This document shows positions 49,059 to 62,039 of a stretch of 64,000 bases of DNA, piece by piece. The position numbers and the translations under genes are program-made. How positions within the stretch are numbered: position 1 is the first letter of the stretch; each line of letters opens with the position of its first letter. The notes below the pieces were generated by a model. That model was not told the DNA's origin, did no database searches, and was given only the letters and a program-made list of their open reading frames with translations. The stretch spans positions 22,444,001 to 22,508,000 of the forward strand of contig NC_073402.1 in assembly GCF_028641065.1 (NCBI RefSeq), in the 5' to 3' direction. This DNA comes from Leucoraja erinacea. Its lineage: Eukaryota.

Positions 49059-52000
49059 GTCTTGTTAACATCAGACATAAGACAATAGAAAGAATACCCA
49101 TTATGTAAGTTGGTGAAAAATCATGTATCTGTGGTGGGACTGATGATGTTGATCCAGTTGGCTTCCCTATCCATAAAGCACGAAGTGCTGAATGCGGGAT
49201 CTCATCTCTTAATTCCTTTCTAACAGGTTTCTCACTCATGATTAATGAGCTAGTGAAGTGCAGCTGCCTCCTTATGTATGTAACATTAAGAAAAAGTGAT
49301 GGATGGATGGCTCCCAACGGAAATGCAAATGGCTAAAATCCTGCAGCCACACTATGTTGCGAGATATCATACTCTGACATGGAGGTTGAATACCTTTTAA
49401 TTTCCTAGTGTCTGGTGGAATGGAAATGTGTAATAGCCAGACTTTTGTGCCAACCTGGTGCTAAAGATAAAATATTACGGTGCTCTTACCATAAGTGACA
49501 TTCTGACCCTCCCAATGTTGTACCCACCAATTGTTTGCAATTTGAACTACAGCAACCATCCCAGCGCTGGTGTTGGTCCTCTATCCTTACCTCAACAATG
49601 ATTTGAAACAATCTGTTACCAATGTCTCTTTCTCCCCATTAGTAAAACTTGCCACTCTTGCACCACCATCATCAAGATGATTGTGGTGGCAGTTTGATCC
49701 ACCGAAAAGCTGCCCCCCACCCCCCCCCAACTCCTCCTATACAGCAATCTGTGATCACAATGGTTGAATGATGTTTGTGTACAGACAATAGCATGTTCTG
49801 TAACCCGCACATTAGAACTGGAACTCAAATTGCAATCAGTGGCAAATGAATCTCATCAAAATCGTGCAATACTGGGAGATGCAAGTCAAGTAATCTTGCG
49901 GTTCCCATTTCGGTTAATTACTTTTTCAGGTGAAAGCTTTAATATTTTAGAAATGTGATGCAAAATATTTGTACAGATCCTCTCATGTGGAGTGCATTAT
50001 TACAAGAAGTGTTTCTCCTTTGCATGAATCAGTATCATTTTACGGTCTGCTTCAAGCATTGTCTATTCCAGTCACAGAATGGACTTTGCATGCAGTTTCT
50101 GCCTGTTCTGAGATTAAAAATTATGCCAGAATAATATTAAATTCAATTGCGTGTAAAGTATTTATATTTTCACCAGAGATTAGATGTATTAATGTGTGCT
50201 GGACAACTGAATATGTCCTTAAATTGATTTCCCAGTAGCGAAGGGAAAGGCCCGTCTGCAATTCCAAAATGGCTGTCAGCCATAAGACACAGCCTTTTTT
50301 GGCCCCTTTACCATTTTAAAACAAAAAAGATAATGGTTGACCTTTTACTTCTGTGCCACTTTCTTCTACTAACTCCAGAGACCATAATACCTAAAGCTCT
50401 TTTAATATCTATCCCGTCTTGAATATTCTCAATGACTTTGAGTCTTCACAACTACTTGGATAGAGAATTCCAAAATGTACTATGCTCTGGGTGAAGTTAT
50501 TGCCTCTCATCTTTATCCTGAACATGTCAGCTTGGGAAAACATTTCCCTATATCTACCCTGCTGAGCTCCATAAGAACTTTGTTCATTTCAATGAGATCA
50601 TTTTGCATTATTTTGAACTTGATTTATATCTTAGTTTGCTTAATCCTTCCTCTAATGAATGACCAGCCATCCGAGGAATCAATCTAGTGAACCTATGCCA
50701 CATACCCTAACTTGAGTAGGGGCACAATATGCAAGATGTGCTTCCACCAGAGTCCTATGTTAATGGTACAAGGCATTCCTAGTCTTGTAATAACATTCTC
50801 AAGCAATAATGATGAAATTACTTGCTTGCTGTATAAAATTTAAAGTTCATATTGCCAAGGACAATCCAGTCTCTCCGATCTGCAATATATTATTGTCTCT
50901 TCCCAAGGACATGGTTTGCTGGAGAAGATGCTGAAGAGATTCACAAGGACATAACCTGAATGTTCTATCCCTGGTGATGAGGAAAGTCTGGTTAAGCTGT
51001 TTGCTGGTGATATATGTGCCTAGGATTTTCCATACATTTTCACGATTACATGCATTTTTCAATTTGACACTATCATGAATGTATTTAGTTAATGACATAT
51101 AATGGGTCCTACTCTAGGATTTCTTTTCTCGCCTAAAAATTCTGTGAATACTGGAATGTTTAGTACACTATATAAATATCCCAGCAGCATTACTCAACTA
51201 GCTGGCTCTCTACCCAAGATATTCCTGTACACTTACAACCCTGGCATGTATGCAATGTAGAAATATGCTCAAGTCGGTCCTGACCATTAAAAAATTGAAG
51301 ACAATCTAGCTAATTATTGCATAGCCTACTCTCAAAGTGACAATGATGAAAAGTATCATTAACTATGCTGTTACTGATGTTCACATTGTGTTTGGAAAGT
51401 GCAACTCAGCCGCAGATTACATCCATGATTCAAATACCAACAAAGCATGTGGAATTCAGGGATGCGGTGTGCGTAACAGCTTTTGGCATTAAAGGGGCCT
51501 TGGGGAATGAGCATTAATCAGCAAACACGACATTGATAGGAGTCGTATCTCACACAAATGAAGAAAGTTGATTAAGAGGCTTTTAAGATAGACACATGGA
51601 GATGAAGGGCTATGGATCACGTGTAGATTGTTGAGATTAGTTTATTTTGGCATCATGTTCGGCACAATGTGGACCAATGCCTGTTACTGTGCTATACTTT
51701 TCAAAGTTCTATGAGAAGAATTGTGCCTCCTCGCTATATTTTCATCAGCACTCCATGTCATGAACCAGAAATTCAATTGGGCAAGCCACAATGTGGCTGC
51801 ATAACCACATCAGCCTGTGATCCTGGCAACTGACTCGCCCTTCTCACTTGCCCCCCACAACCCCCTTCTCATCACAGCCCTTCAACTGAGACACCCCCTC
51901 CGCAATCCTAACCTGCACTTAAATTTCCTTCCTGTCATTTCCTACTCCCTCACTGCACACCTCCACCATAGCCCTAATTTCTTCCTTATCTGCAATCACC

Positions 52001-52165
52001 CTCATTCCTTCCCTCTCTGCACCCAATACTTTTCCTCTGTACCCTCCTCAATACTCTGCACCCCCCACCCCCCCAAATCCTTCCCCCCCTCAGCACATCC
52101 TCATTTCTTCCCTCCTTGCACTCCCATCTTTTTCCCCTCTCCTCACCCTCTGCACTTCTCACGAC

Positions 52166-52546
52166 CTCATAGAAACTTACAAAATTCTTAAGGGGTGGAC
52201 AGGCTAGATGCAGGAAGATTGTTCCCGATGTTGGGGAAGTCCAGGACAAGGGGTCACAGCTTAAGGATAAGGGGGAATCTTTTAGGACCGAGATGAGAAA
52301 AACATTTTTCACACAGAGAGTGGTGAATCTCTGGAATTTTCTGCCACAGAAGGTAGCTGAGGCCAGTTCATTGGCTATATTTATGTGGGAGTTAGATGTG
52401 GCCCTTGTGGCTAAAGGGATCAGGGGTATATGGAGAGAAGGCAGGTACAGGATCCTGAGTTGGATGATCAGCCATAATCATATTGAATGGCGGTGCAGGC
52501 TCGAAGGGCCGAATGGCCTACTCCTGCACCTATTTTCTATGTTTCT
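52166..52546 (+). mobile_element. CR1 LINE 3' fragment
   Basis: MRKTFFTQRVVNLWN…; tttctatg tail. Confidence 0.85.
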
Positions 52547-52799
52547 GTTTCCATCTGTACTCTTCCCCCCATCCCAATTCTGTCCCTCCCGCACTGTCAC
52601 TAACCTCCCGCCTCCCCCCCCCCCCTCATTCCCACACACCCCCCCCCTCATTCCCGCTCACCCCACCCCCCCCCCCCAAAAAAAATCCTCTCATAAGGTC
52701 ATGTGATAGGAGCAGAATGAGGCCATTCGGCCCTACTCCAACATTCAATCACGGCTGATCTATCACCCCCCCCCCCCCCCCTCATCACCCTCCGCCTAT

Positions 52800-53450
52800 C
52801 ACCTCTCACCCCCCAGCCCGCCCGCCCGCCGCCACGTGACGACGCTGGCCAATGGGGCGCGGGCTGGGGCATCTGGTTGGAACCGGTTGCGGCGGCGCGG
52901 CCAGTCAACAGCGACGGTGCTGAGGAGTGGCGAACGGACCGGACACCCGAGCGACCACCCATCAACCCGATCAGCGCCGCGCACCCAACCCGACTCGACC
53001 CAACCCACCCCACCAGCAGCCAAGATGCCCCGCAAGAGTGTGAGTGCCGCCATCTCGCGCTCCGCCGCCCAGTTTGCGCGGGATGGCGGGCTGAGGCGGC
53101 CGCGGGCTCGGTTTTGGCGCCCACGAGGGAGGCGGCTTCGCGCCAGCTCATCGCCGCCATCAACAGATTTGTTTTTTCCAGCTGCGTGCACCGGTCCCCG
53201 CCTTCACTCCCTCCCGGTAATCGCCCGGGACCCCCCCCCCCCCCCATCATCTGCGGCAATCCCGCGCTCTCCCTGGCGGGTCTCAGCCTCTTTCCCCCCC
53301 TCTACCCCCCGCGGAACCGCCAGCCCCGCCCCCTCTCTCCCCCCCCCCGGCGGGTCCAGGTCTCCACCCCCCCCGGGCAACCCGCCCTTCTCCCCGGGCG
53401 GACCCTCGTCTTCGCGCCCTCTATCTCCCCCTCACCCGGTGGGACGAAAT
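52800..53450 (+). promoter_or_regulatory. CpG island promoter of the HMGN2-like gene
   Basis: GC boxes, E-box CACGTGAC, CCAAT and poly-C tracts. Confidence 0.7.
53025..53039 (+). CDS. HMGN2: HMGN2-like protein, coding exon 1 (MPRKS)
   Basis: gccaagATG CCC CGC AAG AGT|GTGAGT; a 15-nt first coding exon as in HMGN genes (MPKRK); lies downstream of DHDDS as in human. Confidence 0.7.
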
Positions 53451-54662
53451 GATGGACTTTAAGATTCAGTTTGTTGCTCTTTGTGTTTTCACAATTTGCT
53501 GCTTCTCACTGTTTTTGTGCCTCCAAGGTGCGTAGGGCTTTTGATTCAATTGACAGTAGGTTATTACATTTTTAATTCCACTGCGTGCTGCAATTTTTTT
53601 TTCCAAGCCTTTGTCTCCCAAGGATTGTTCATAAATAGGCATTAATCTAGGCGACTGATCTGGCGCAATTAATGCAGAAGGTATATTTATTCCCAGCTGT
53701 TATATTGGCATGAACAACGGTAATGGCGATGTTTAATTTTGAAATTGCTGGAATCCATTGTAAGGACTAATCTATTTGCAGTTGAAAGCTGGCTTTTCTG
53801 ATTCTTCTGTGTAATCTGGTTGCTGAATTCAGTTGTATTGTTGAAATTCAAGTCAAACGAGGACTCCCAGTTTTTGCAGTTAAATATTATACTATAACAT
53901 ATGACACTATTGTAGTTCAAGGACTTGGTTAATCCGTGAGAGTATTGGGAATCTTGAGTTGTATGAATTTCTCCCTTGTTCTCTGGTACATGAAGGGGAT
54001 AGACATGTTTTTTTTCTGTGTTCTGACAATCTACTGAAAGCTTAACTTGAATGTTTTTATAGAAATGCAAAATTGGGGCTGGACATAATTGTAATTGGGT
54101 GATAGCTTCTGCACGTGGGATGGTTTGAATTTTGATTTGCATTGAATGGAAACTACAATCGCTCTAAATAAACGGCTCGCTACTTTCAGAAAGTGAAATG
54201 CTGCTCATTAATTGGAACATATGAAATTACAGGAAGTTAGTAACCATTTTGTAGCAGCCCTCTGAACCAATTTTTAAAATGATTTTCTGTCGACTCGTTC
54301 TAAGGATGTGTTCATTAATTGAAAACAATCAAAAGTCTGGAGTAAACAGATTTTGAATTTGTAAATTGTTTAAAGCTGAGGGCCTAAAAAGAGTGCAATC
54401 AGTTTAGTTTGAGCTCCATTTTAATCGGTATTTAGGTTTTATGAAAGTTTTGATTACATCATTGACAGAAGAGTAAAATAAAAGTGATATTAGCTTTCCT
54501 CCACAAAAAGTGTTAACAGTCCAGCCTAATTTTTCTTGCCTTAATATGTTCTTCCTATTTACTTGCTGTCTATCTCAAATCAGTCGTTTAGCTGTTTTTG
54601 TTGCAGGAATGTTTTTTTTCTCATTTGCAATAAAATACTAATACTTATCTCTCTTACTCTAG

Positions 54663-54683
54663 TTCGACACTATAAACGTTGAT
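54663..54683 (+). CDS. HMGN2: HMGN2-like micro-exon 2 (FDTINVD)
   Basis: ctcttactctAG|21 nt|GTAAGT, phase 0. Confidence 0.6.
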
Positions 54684-54762
54684 GTAAGTATTATTACCGG
54701 TTTCACAGTTATCCATGTTTAAAACTGATTTCATGTCTTTAAACTCTTGATTTGTTTTACAG

Positions 54763-54789
54763 GAACTGAGAAGATCGACACGACAGCGG
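54763..54789 (+). CDS. HMGN2: HMGN2-like micro-exon 3 (ELRRSTRQR, divergent nucleosome-binding core)
   Basis: tttgttttacAG|27 nt|GTAGGT; RRSxR resembles RRSARLSA. Confidence 0.7.
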
Positions 54790-55109
54790 GTAGGTTTTAA
54801 TTTGTACCTATGATACCACATCAGCTGGCTTTTAAGTTATCATGTCCATCATGACATACATACAGAGTACAGTAAAGCCTCCTTGCAGGACTGGCTGCAC
54901 CTCTAATATGTGTAAAATCTCTGAGAGCTAAAATCCTCCTGGATGTTCAAAATAGAAATGTTTTTAAAGGAAGAACATGTAGATCTAGCACAATTGTAAA
55001 TAATTAGCATGTTACTGTGGTCAACCCATGAAAGTTATGACCGATCTCATAGTATACTAAAATGTACCTCGTCTGGAAGATCTTTCTAACTCTATCCACT
55101 GATTCACAG

Positions 55110-55160
55110 CAGGACAAAAAACAGCCGGCGGTTCCAGCCAAGAAACCAGCAGCAGTGAAG
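55110..55160 (+). CDS. HMGN2: HMGN2-like exon 4 (QDKKQPAVPAKKPAAVK)
   Basis: 51-nt K/P/A-rich exon with a NAGNAG acceptor and donor AAG|GTAAGT. Confidence 0.72.
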
Positions 55161-55541
55161 GTAAGTTCTTCACGCTGTAGAAAACTCTCATTGTCAACCG
55201 ACACTGTTCTGCTTGCGGTCAGTCAGGCAATGGGTGCAGATCACCTTGTACTCGCTAGGGGGCGGGGAGGGGAATCAGAATGGTTCCTGATCGTGTTATC
55301 TAATGTAGGTTGAGTGATATCAGAATTAATCTTTGGCATTGGTTAGAAAAAACTTCACTTATTTCTGCAGCCTCTTGCTGGCCCTGAAGTGGTCATGAGC
55401 CTAAATGTTCTCATGCTGTTAAATATGATGACAAATTGCTCTATCCACTGAAGAGTCAATTAGGTGCATTCTGCGTTCTTAATTACATTGTTGCAGCTTT
55501 CCGGGTTATAGTGAATCTTTATGGGGATTTAAGGTGGGTTA

Positions 55542-55847
55542 TGGGCCTGTCCCACTTGCCGATATTTTTTTTAAATTAAAAATTTTAGGCAACTGCCAGC
55601 GAATTCATAGTCGTAGCAGGTCGCTGAAAAACGACAACCTACGATAGCACCTACGTCGGGAGAAGTCAAGCTACGCTCTTTGGCGTCAAACCCACTGTAG
55701 CCAAAAAACATGTTGAAAATTTGGCAGTGATCAGAAAGACACTGCGACTGTTTGCGTGACTGAGGAGACTACTCCCAGCGAACATGTGGCGCCAAGCTAG
55801 TTGCCTGGAGTTGCCTTAAAAAAAATCACATAAGTGGGACAGGCCCA
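55542..55847. mobile_element. PIF/Harbinger MITE
   Basis: TIRs tgggcctgtcccactt and aagtgggacaggccca; TSD TTA. Confidence 0.8.
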
Positions 55848-57494
55848 TTATGTGCATCAAGATCATAGAAACATGCAGCAGAGATTTGGACCCTTTTGAC
55901 CCTACACAAGTATGCCAACTGATGTCTCTACACCAATACCATTTACCTGCCTTTCCAGCAGGTCCCTGTCCAAATTCCTCTTAAACATTGTATTTGTCTC
56001 CCCATCGCTGCCATCTGTACCTCTCTCCATGTGGAAAAACATTTTCCTCCGATCTTCTTTGAATTTCTCACTCTAAATTCAACGGTCTCTAACACGCTCT
56101 GGCTTTAGTTGTCCTAGGTGTTTATTTGTTGTAACATTGAGGAAAGTTAAGATCACTTTTCGCTTTCTTCTGTGGCAATGTTTTAATTGAAGTTTTCATA
56201 AAACCTAATACTAGTTAAAATGGAGCCCAATTGAGGATCAGTGATCAGGAAGTAGGAGACCATCCATTACTTGAACAGTATTTAGTGAAATTTGGATTTG
56301 GCCTGCTTATTGTAAATTAGATAGTTATGGTGAATCAGCCTGGGGTGATTATCTCGACACTGGTCTTCAGTATTTTAGCCAAGGTGAATGACACCTGCAG
56401 GCATCATTTATGTTGTTTTGTAATGGAGTTTCGGTATGGGAAGATGTTGTTCAACCCCTGAAGTCAAAATCAACGTTCAGTTAAATTATATGTTTTTTAT
56501 GTCAGTTACTCGACTTTGTTTTCAGAAGTCTTGATCTACAGGAAACCCTATTCTCCATCAAATCTGCACTTGTATTTTCAAAGGGCAATTAGTCCATTTC
56601 CTCTACTCTCTGATATCCTTGCAGTTTATTCTCTTGATTTACTCCTTAAGAACTGATTTTCGATCTGGATCTTCCACACTAACAATATTGCATTTAAAAT
56701 ATCCTTACTTTGGTCCTTTTGATAATTGCATTAAATAAGTATTAGTTATTGCCCCTTCCTGCCATTGGAAATTATTTATTTTTCCATTTTTAATGCTGTA
56801 AGGTGAATTAAAGATTTTACAATGCCCAGGGTGTTTTATCCTTGCAACTGAAATTCTTCATTCATGCGCCTGTTTTAGAACCTATACTATATCAATTACC
56901 AATTCTTTCGCATCTTACTGAAACATCATGGTCAGATTTGGGTAATATATTTCAGCTGGACACAAGCTTATATTTTAAGTTTTGTATATTTCATTTCTCT
57001 AAAATTTTCACTGACCATTTTGTATTTTACCTTTTCTGAACTAATTTTATTATACACTCTTGCTCTTCAGTCCATTATCACATGATTTAGTTTCTCTCTG
57101 GGGATCTGAACAAAAGGACTTTTTTTTGGTAAACCAGATTCACAGAAAGTGGAGCATTTTGTGGATTAACTAAATGGAAATGATGAGAGGCACAAAGATA
57201 CGGATCGCAAAAGATTATGGCGGGAATTCTCCAGATAACTCATCGATCGTAGCATTGGGTAAAATGGTTGATTTGGATATTGGTGGGGAAAAGTTATGTC
57301 TTGGAATCGCATATGTTGTAAGTTTTGTTGGGTGGTTCTGAGGATGGTGGAAGAAACTGCTGTATGGCAACGATTCAAAAGCAAAATTAAACTGATGCTG
57401 TTGCTGAAAGAGGGTGATGAACAAGCCTTCCTGCCAAACCGTGCTGTCACCGAGAATCTGCGGTTGGGCTGAATGTTTTATTTTTGCCTTGCAG

Positions 57495-57538
57495 AAACCT
57501 ATTTCGAAATCTAAGAAACCAAAGGTCACCAAAGGCAA
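57495..57538 (+). CDS. HMGN2: HMGN2-like exon 5, truncated (KPISKSKKPKVTKG); donor uncertain
   Basis: Strong acceptor tttttgccttgcAG; K-rich; runs directly into Tc1 terminal-repeat sequence. Confidence 0.55.
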
Positions 57539-58580
57539 CCACAATTTGAGATTTATAATAGAAAAAAAAACATGTGGTTACAGTGCACAGTCAGATTTTA
57601 TTAAAGGGTATTTTTAGACATTTTGGTTCACTATGTAGAAGTTACAGCTGTGTTTATACATAGTGTGTTTAATTGCCTCATTAATGCAGGGATAATAGAG
57701 CTCTCAGCACCTAGTCTTTACTCCAGTCTTTCCATCTCCTTTGGAAACCTTTATTACTGTTCATTAACATGAGGACCAAAGTTGTGCCAATGAAAGTCAA
57801 CAAAACCATTATGAGACCGGGAAACAATAATAAAACTGTTAAAGACATCAACCAAAACTTAGGCTTACCAAAATCTACTGTTTGGAACATCATTAAGAAG
57901 AAAGAGAGCACTGGTGAGCAAAGGCATTGGCAAGCCAAGGAAGACCTCCACAGCTGATGACAGAATAATTCTCTCTTATAATATAGGAAAATTCCCAAAC
58001 ATGTGTCCGGCAGATCAGAAACACTCTTCGGGAGTCAGGTGTAGATTTGTCAATTACCACTGTCCGCAGAAGACTTCATGAACAGAAATACAGAGGCTTC
58101 ATTGCAAGATGCAAACCACTCGTTAGCTGCAAAAATAGGATTGCCAGGTTACAGTTTGCCAAGAAGTACTTAAAGAGCAACCACAGTTCTGGAGAAAGGT
58201 CTTGTGAACAAATGAGACGTAGATTAACTTATATGAGAGTGATTGCAAGAGCAAAGTACAGAGGAGAGAAGGAACAAGCATAAGCTAAAGATGGGTGCAA
58301 TACAGGCCTGGCAGAGCACCACCAGAGAAGACACCCAGCAACTGGTGATGTCCATGAATCGAAGACTTCAAACAGTCATTACATGCAAAGGATATGCAAC
58401 AAAATACCAAACGTGTCTACTTTGATTTGCATGACATTGCTGTGTCCCAAACATTTTGGTGCCCTGAAAATGTGCACTTTAACCACGTGATTTTTTTCTA
58501 TTACAAATCTCAAATTGTGGAGTATAGAGGCAAATAAATAAATGATGAGTCTTTCCCCTAAACATTATTGAGGTTTATTA
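57539..58580 (+). mobile_element. Internally deleted Tc1 transposon with truncated left end
   Basis: HTH remnant (LGLPKSTVWNIIKK), TVRRRL…KPL…RLQFAK, C-terminal KGYATKY; DDE core missing; long inverted termini. Confidence 0.88.
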
Positions 58581-58924
58581 TTAAATGTGTTGTGTAAACT
58601 TCAACATGTCTGGTAAGTTAAGAGCTCTTGACAAGAATAAGTGGGGATTCTAAACTTTGCAATTGGAAACTAACTAATGGTTATTTCACGATGGCTGTTG
58701 ATGTCGAACATGTGTGAGAATGGAGAATTAAGCTGGATTCTCTCCTCCGTACTTTGCTCTTGCAATCACTCTCATATAAGTTAATCTACGTCTCATTTGG
58801 TCTCATTTTGTGTCCTCACCATTTTGTGTCCTCACCATCTCTTTCATCAAGGAACCCGTTACTCTCTAATTAAACCTACCTCAGGAATATGAAACTAACC
58901 TAAATTATGTCTTTTTTTTTGCAG

Positions 58925-59450
58925 GCTTGAGAAGCAAAGTTGTGGATAGGCAACAGTCTCAACAGTGTCTGGAAGGCTTATGAATCTCCTGCAACTTGTG
59001 CAGTTGAAAGGAATATTTTAATCAGTTTTTATAAAGGCAACATTTTTTTTTTACTTTGAGTGGGCAAATGTTGTGGGTGCTTGCATTGTTTTATTTTGGA
59101 AACTTTGTATACTGATTGCATGTTGAAATGCTTGAAATTAAACTCCTTTTTGCTCCTTCCTATATCCCCAAAATTTGACCATTTTCTATCTGTCCTGTCA
59201 GATGAAGCAATGTTTGTAATGTCTGTTCCTGTTAATGGTGTTTTCTGAAGCACCAGTGAAATCATCATTATTTTCAAATTTGGCAATTTAAAATTTAAAA
59301 AATACCATTTAAAAAAATTACTGTTTGAAAGTGGAAATATTCTTTAGAATCTCTTCTGGTTCAAATGGAGTTTTTAAAGTCAGTCCTATTTTGCTGAGTT
59401 TCCATGAAGTTTTAAATTTGCTACTTAAATAAAGTTGGATATTGTTTTGC
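58925..59450 (+). other. HMGN2: HMGN2-like terminal exon (short coding end plus 3' UTR)
   Basis: Acceptor T-run-gcAG; AATAAA near 59428; UTR blocks resemble the mammalian HMGN2 3' UTR as recalled. Confidence 0.6.
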
Positions 59451-59699
59451 TTTGTCACGTGTCTCTCCATTATATCCAAAGGGCACGGCTTCCATTAATG
59501 GTGGCTATTTATGGTTCTGCAGCCTATTCAGAATTTCAGTCGGATGATGAATGTAATCTAATCTTGACCGTATGTGCAACGCACAGCTCGGAGATGCTTT
59601 TGTATTAGAACACATTTTTACTTCCATTCTTCCTCGACTGGAGTTAAATGTGTCTTAGAATAAAGGAGAGGTCATCTTAGATAAAGTGGAAGGTACACA

Positions 59700-59967
59700 G
59701 TGGAGGTCATTTAAGACTGAGGTAAGAAAAAAACGTTTTCACCCAAAGAGTTGTGAATTTATGGAATTCCCTGCCACAGAGGGCAGTGGAGGCCAAGTCA
59801 CTGGATGGATTTAAGAGAGAGTTAGATAGAGCTCTAGGGGCTAGTGGAGTCGAGGGATATGGGGAGAAGGCAGGCACAGGTTAGTGATGGGACGATCAGC
59901 CATGATCACAATGAATGGCTGTGCTGGCTCGAAGGGCCGAATGGCCTCCTGCACCTATTTTCTATGT
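59700..59967 (+). mobile_element. CR1 LINE 3' fragment
   Basis: CR1 3' end with a ttttctatg tail. Confidence 0.75.
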
Positions 59968-61403
59968 GTTTATCATTGTAGCTCTTGACTTGCCTGTCAA
60001 TCACTTGCAATACATTCTGGCAAGCAGTGCTGTGAATTACCCAGAATATCTTCTTTTTAAAAAAAATGAGAACCAGCTCTCCTGTTCACAATGAGGTTTC
60101 TTTTACACCCCTTCCCCAGAAGGTGCTGTTCACATCATAGTTTAACATCAGGATGCTTGAAAATGCAATGCTCCAGAGAAAGAGCACAGAGGGTGAGCCA
60201 TAAACCTGTACCCCGCAGCATAACGGAGTGTTGCCCATGGTATTTCTAAAATGGAGATTGATAGATTTTTGATTAGTAAGGGTATTGACTTGGAGAGAAG
60301 GCAAGAGAATGGAATTGAGAAGGAAAAAGATCAGCCATGATTGAATGGAGGAGTTGATTCCATGGGAAATTACCTAAGTGTGTTCCTATCTTATGAACCT
60401 CTTCAACCTGTTAACTGCACCACCTCAATCTCCTAACTCTACATATTTGTATTGGAGTTCTGGTTGATTACTGCACAAACACCTCATCAGTGGTTATCTC
60501 GAGTTGAAGAATTGTAGCCTAGCCCACGATCGTAATCTCAGTATAACATGTCAGAGAGCAATGGAATTTAATATTTCTGTCTCGCAGCTGAAATTAAGGA
60601 AGTCGTCCTTTTTGTAGCTCCTGTACAAGCAGGACAAATATTTTCCATTTTCTTGCTTCTGCTATCATGTGTGGCTCATTGCCTCCTGCATTTAGTTTGT
60701 TAGTCCACCATTCTGTTGAAATCTTCAATTGAAAGTTAGATATTTTGATGTGAGTTTTAGCATGTTAAGGGAGGGGGGGTGAAATAGGTAAGTATATGCC
60801 TGCTTTTAACACACAACAAAATCTGTAGGCTTAACTAGGTAGTGAAATTGTTTATTTGATCTGCTTTTTGAGACTGGAATGGGCCCTGGGCCTCTTTCTG
60901 AAACCAAGTCATGTTGAGTCAGACACATGCATTGGGGAATTACTTGGTCAGTTTTCAAGCTTTCCACATCAGAATTTACAGCTCCAGGCCTTGGCATTAT
61001 TGTAGGAATCTGGACAGCAACCAATATGAAGGAACACTTGTTTTTACTTATATAAACGCAGCATTAATTATTCATGAGGAGCCCAACACTGCAATGGGAA
61101 ATGGCAGAACGTGGATTACAGTTGATGAAATTACGAATTTGTAAGAAGTCAATAGGCCTAGTCCGTGACCTAGGATAAAGTATGCTTATTTAGCTATAGT
61201 TAGCGCACCGAAATGCCCTTGGGAATCACACAGCTGTGCAGCATGGAAACAGACCCTTCGGCTCAACTTGCCCATGTTGACCAACCCCATATAGTGAATT
61301 ATCAACTACCTACATTAAACTTTGTTTCAAAGCCTTCAAATGTCACTACCCTCCTGAACACTGGGTGATGATAGAGACCGATTAATTTACCTGACCTTTT
61401 GAG

Positions 61404-62033
61404 ATAGAAACATAGAAATTAGGTGCAGGAGTAGGCCATTCGGCCCTTCGAGCCTGCACCGCCATTCAATATGATCGTGGCTGATCATCCAACTCGGTAT
61501 CCCGTACCTGCCTTCTCTCCATACCCCCTGATCCCCTTAGCCACATCTAACTCCCTCTTAAATATAGCCAATGAACTGGCCTCAACTACCCTCTGTGGCA
61601 GAGAGTTCCAGAGATTCACCACTCTCTGTGTGAAAAATGTTCTTCTCATCTCGGTTTTAAAGGATTTCCCCCTTATCCTTAAGCTGTGACCCCTTGTCCT
61701 GGACTTCCCTAACATCTGGAACAATCTTCCTGCATCTAGCCTGTCCAACCCCTTAAGAATTTTGTGAGTTTCTATAAGATCCCCTCTCAATCTCCTAAAT
61801 TCTAGAGAGTATAAACCAAGGCCTATTGACTTCTTACAAATTCGTAATTTCATCAACTGTAATCCACGTTCTGCCATTTCCCATCCAGTCTTTCTTCATA
61901 AAACAGTCCTGACATCCCAGGAATCAGTCTGGTGAACCGTCTCTGCACTCCCTCTATGGCAATAATGTCCTTCCTCAGATTTGGAGACCAAAACTGTACG
62001 CAATACTCCAGGTGTGGTCTCAACAAGACCCTG
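61404..62033 (-). mobile_element. CR1 LINE 3' fragment containing an inverted 66-bp copy of flanking DNA
   Basis: RPHLEYCVQFWSP…VQRRFTRLIPG and GLYSLEFRRLRGDLIE are split by an insert at 61819-61884. Confidence 0.88.
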
Positions 62034-62039
62034 ATGTGG

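Noticed and set aside
52699-53462. ORFs of 130-208 aa over the CpG island
   Set aside because: Stop-poor GC-rich sequence; only the 15-nt MPRKS exon has splice and homology support.
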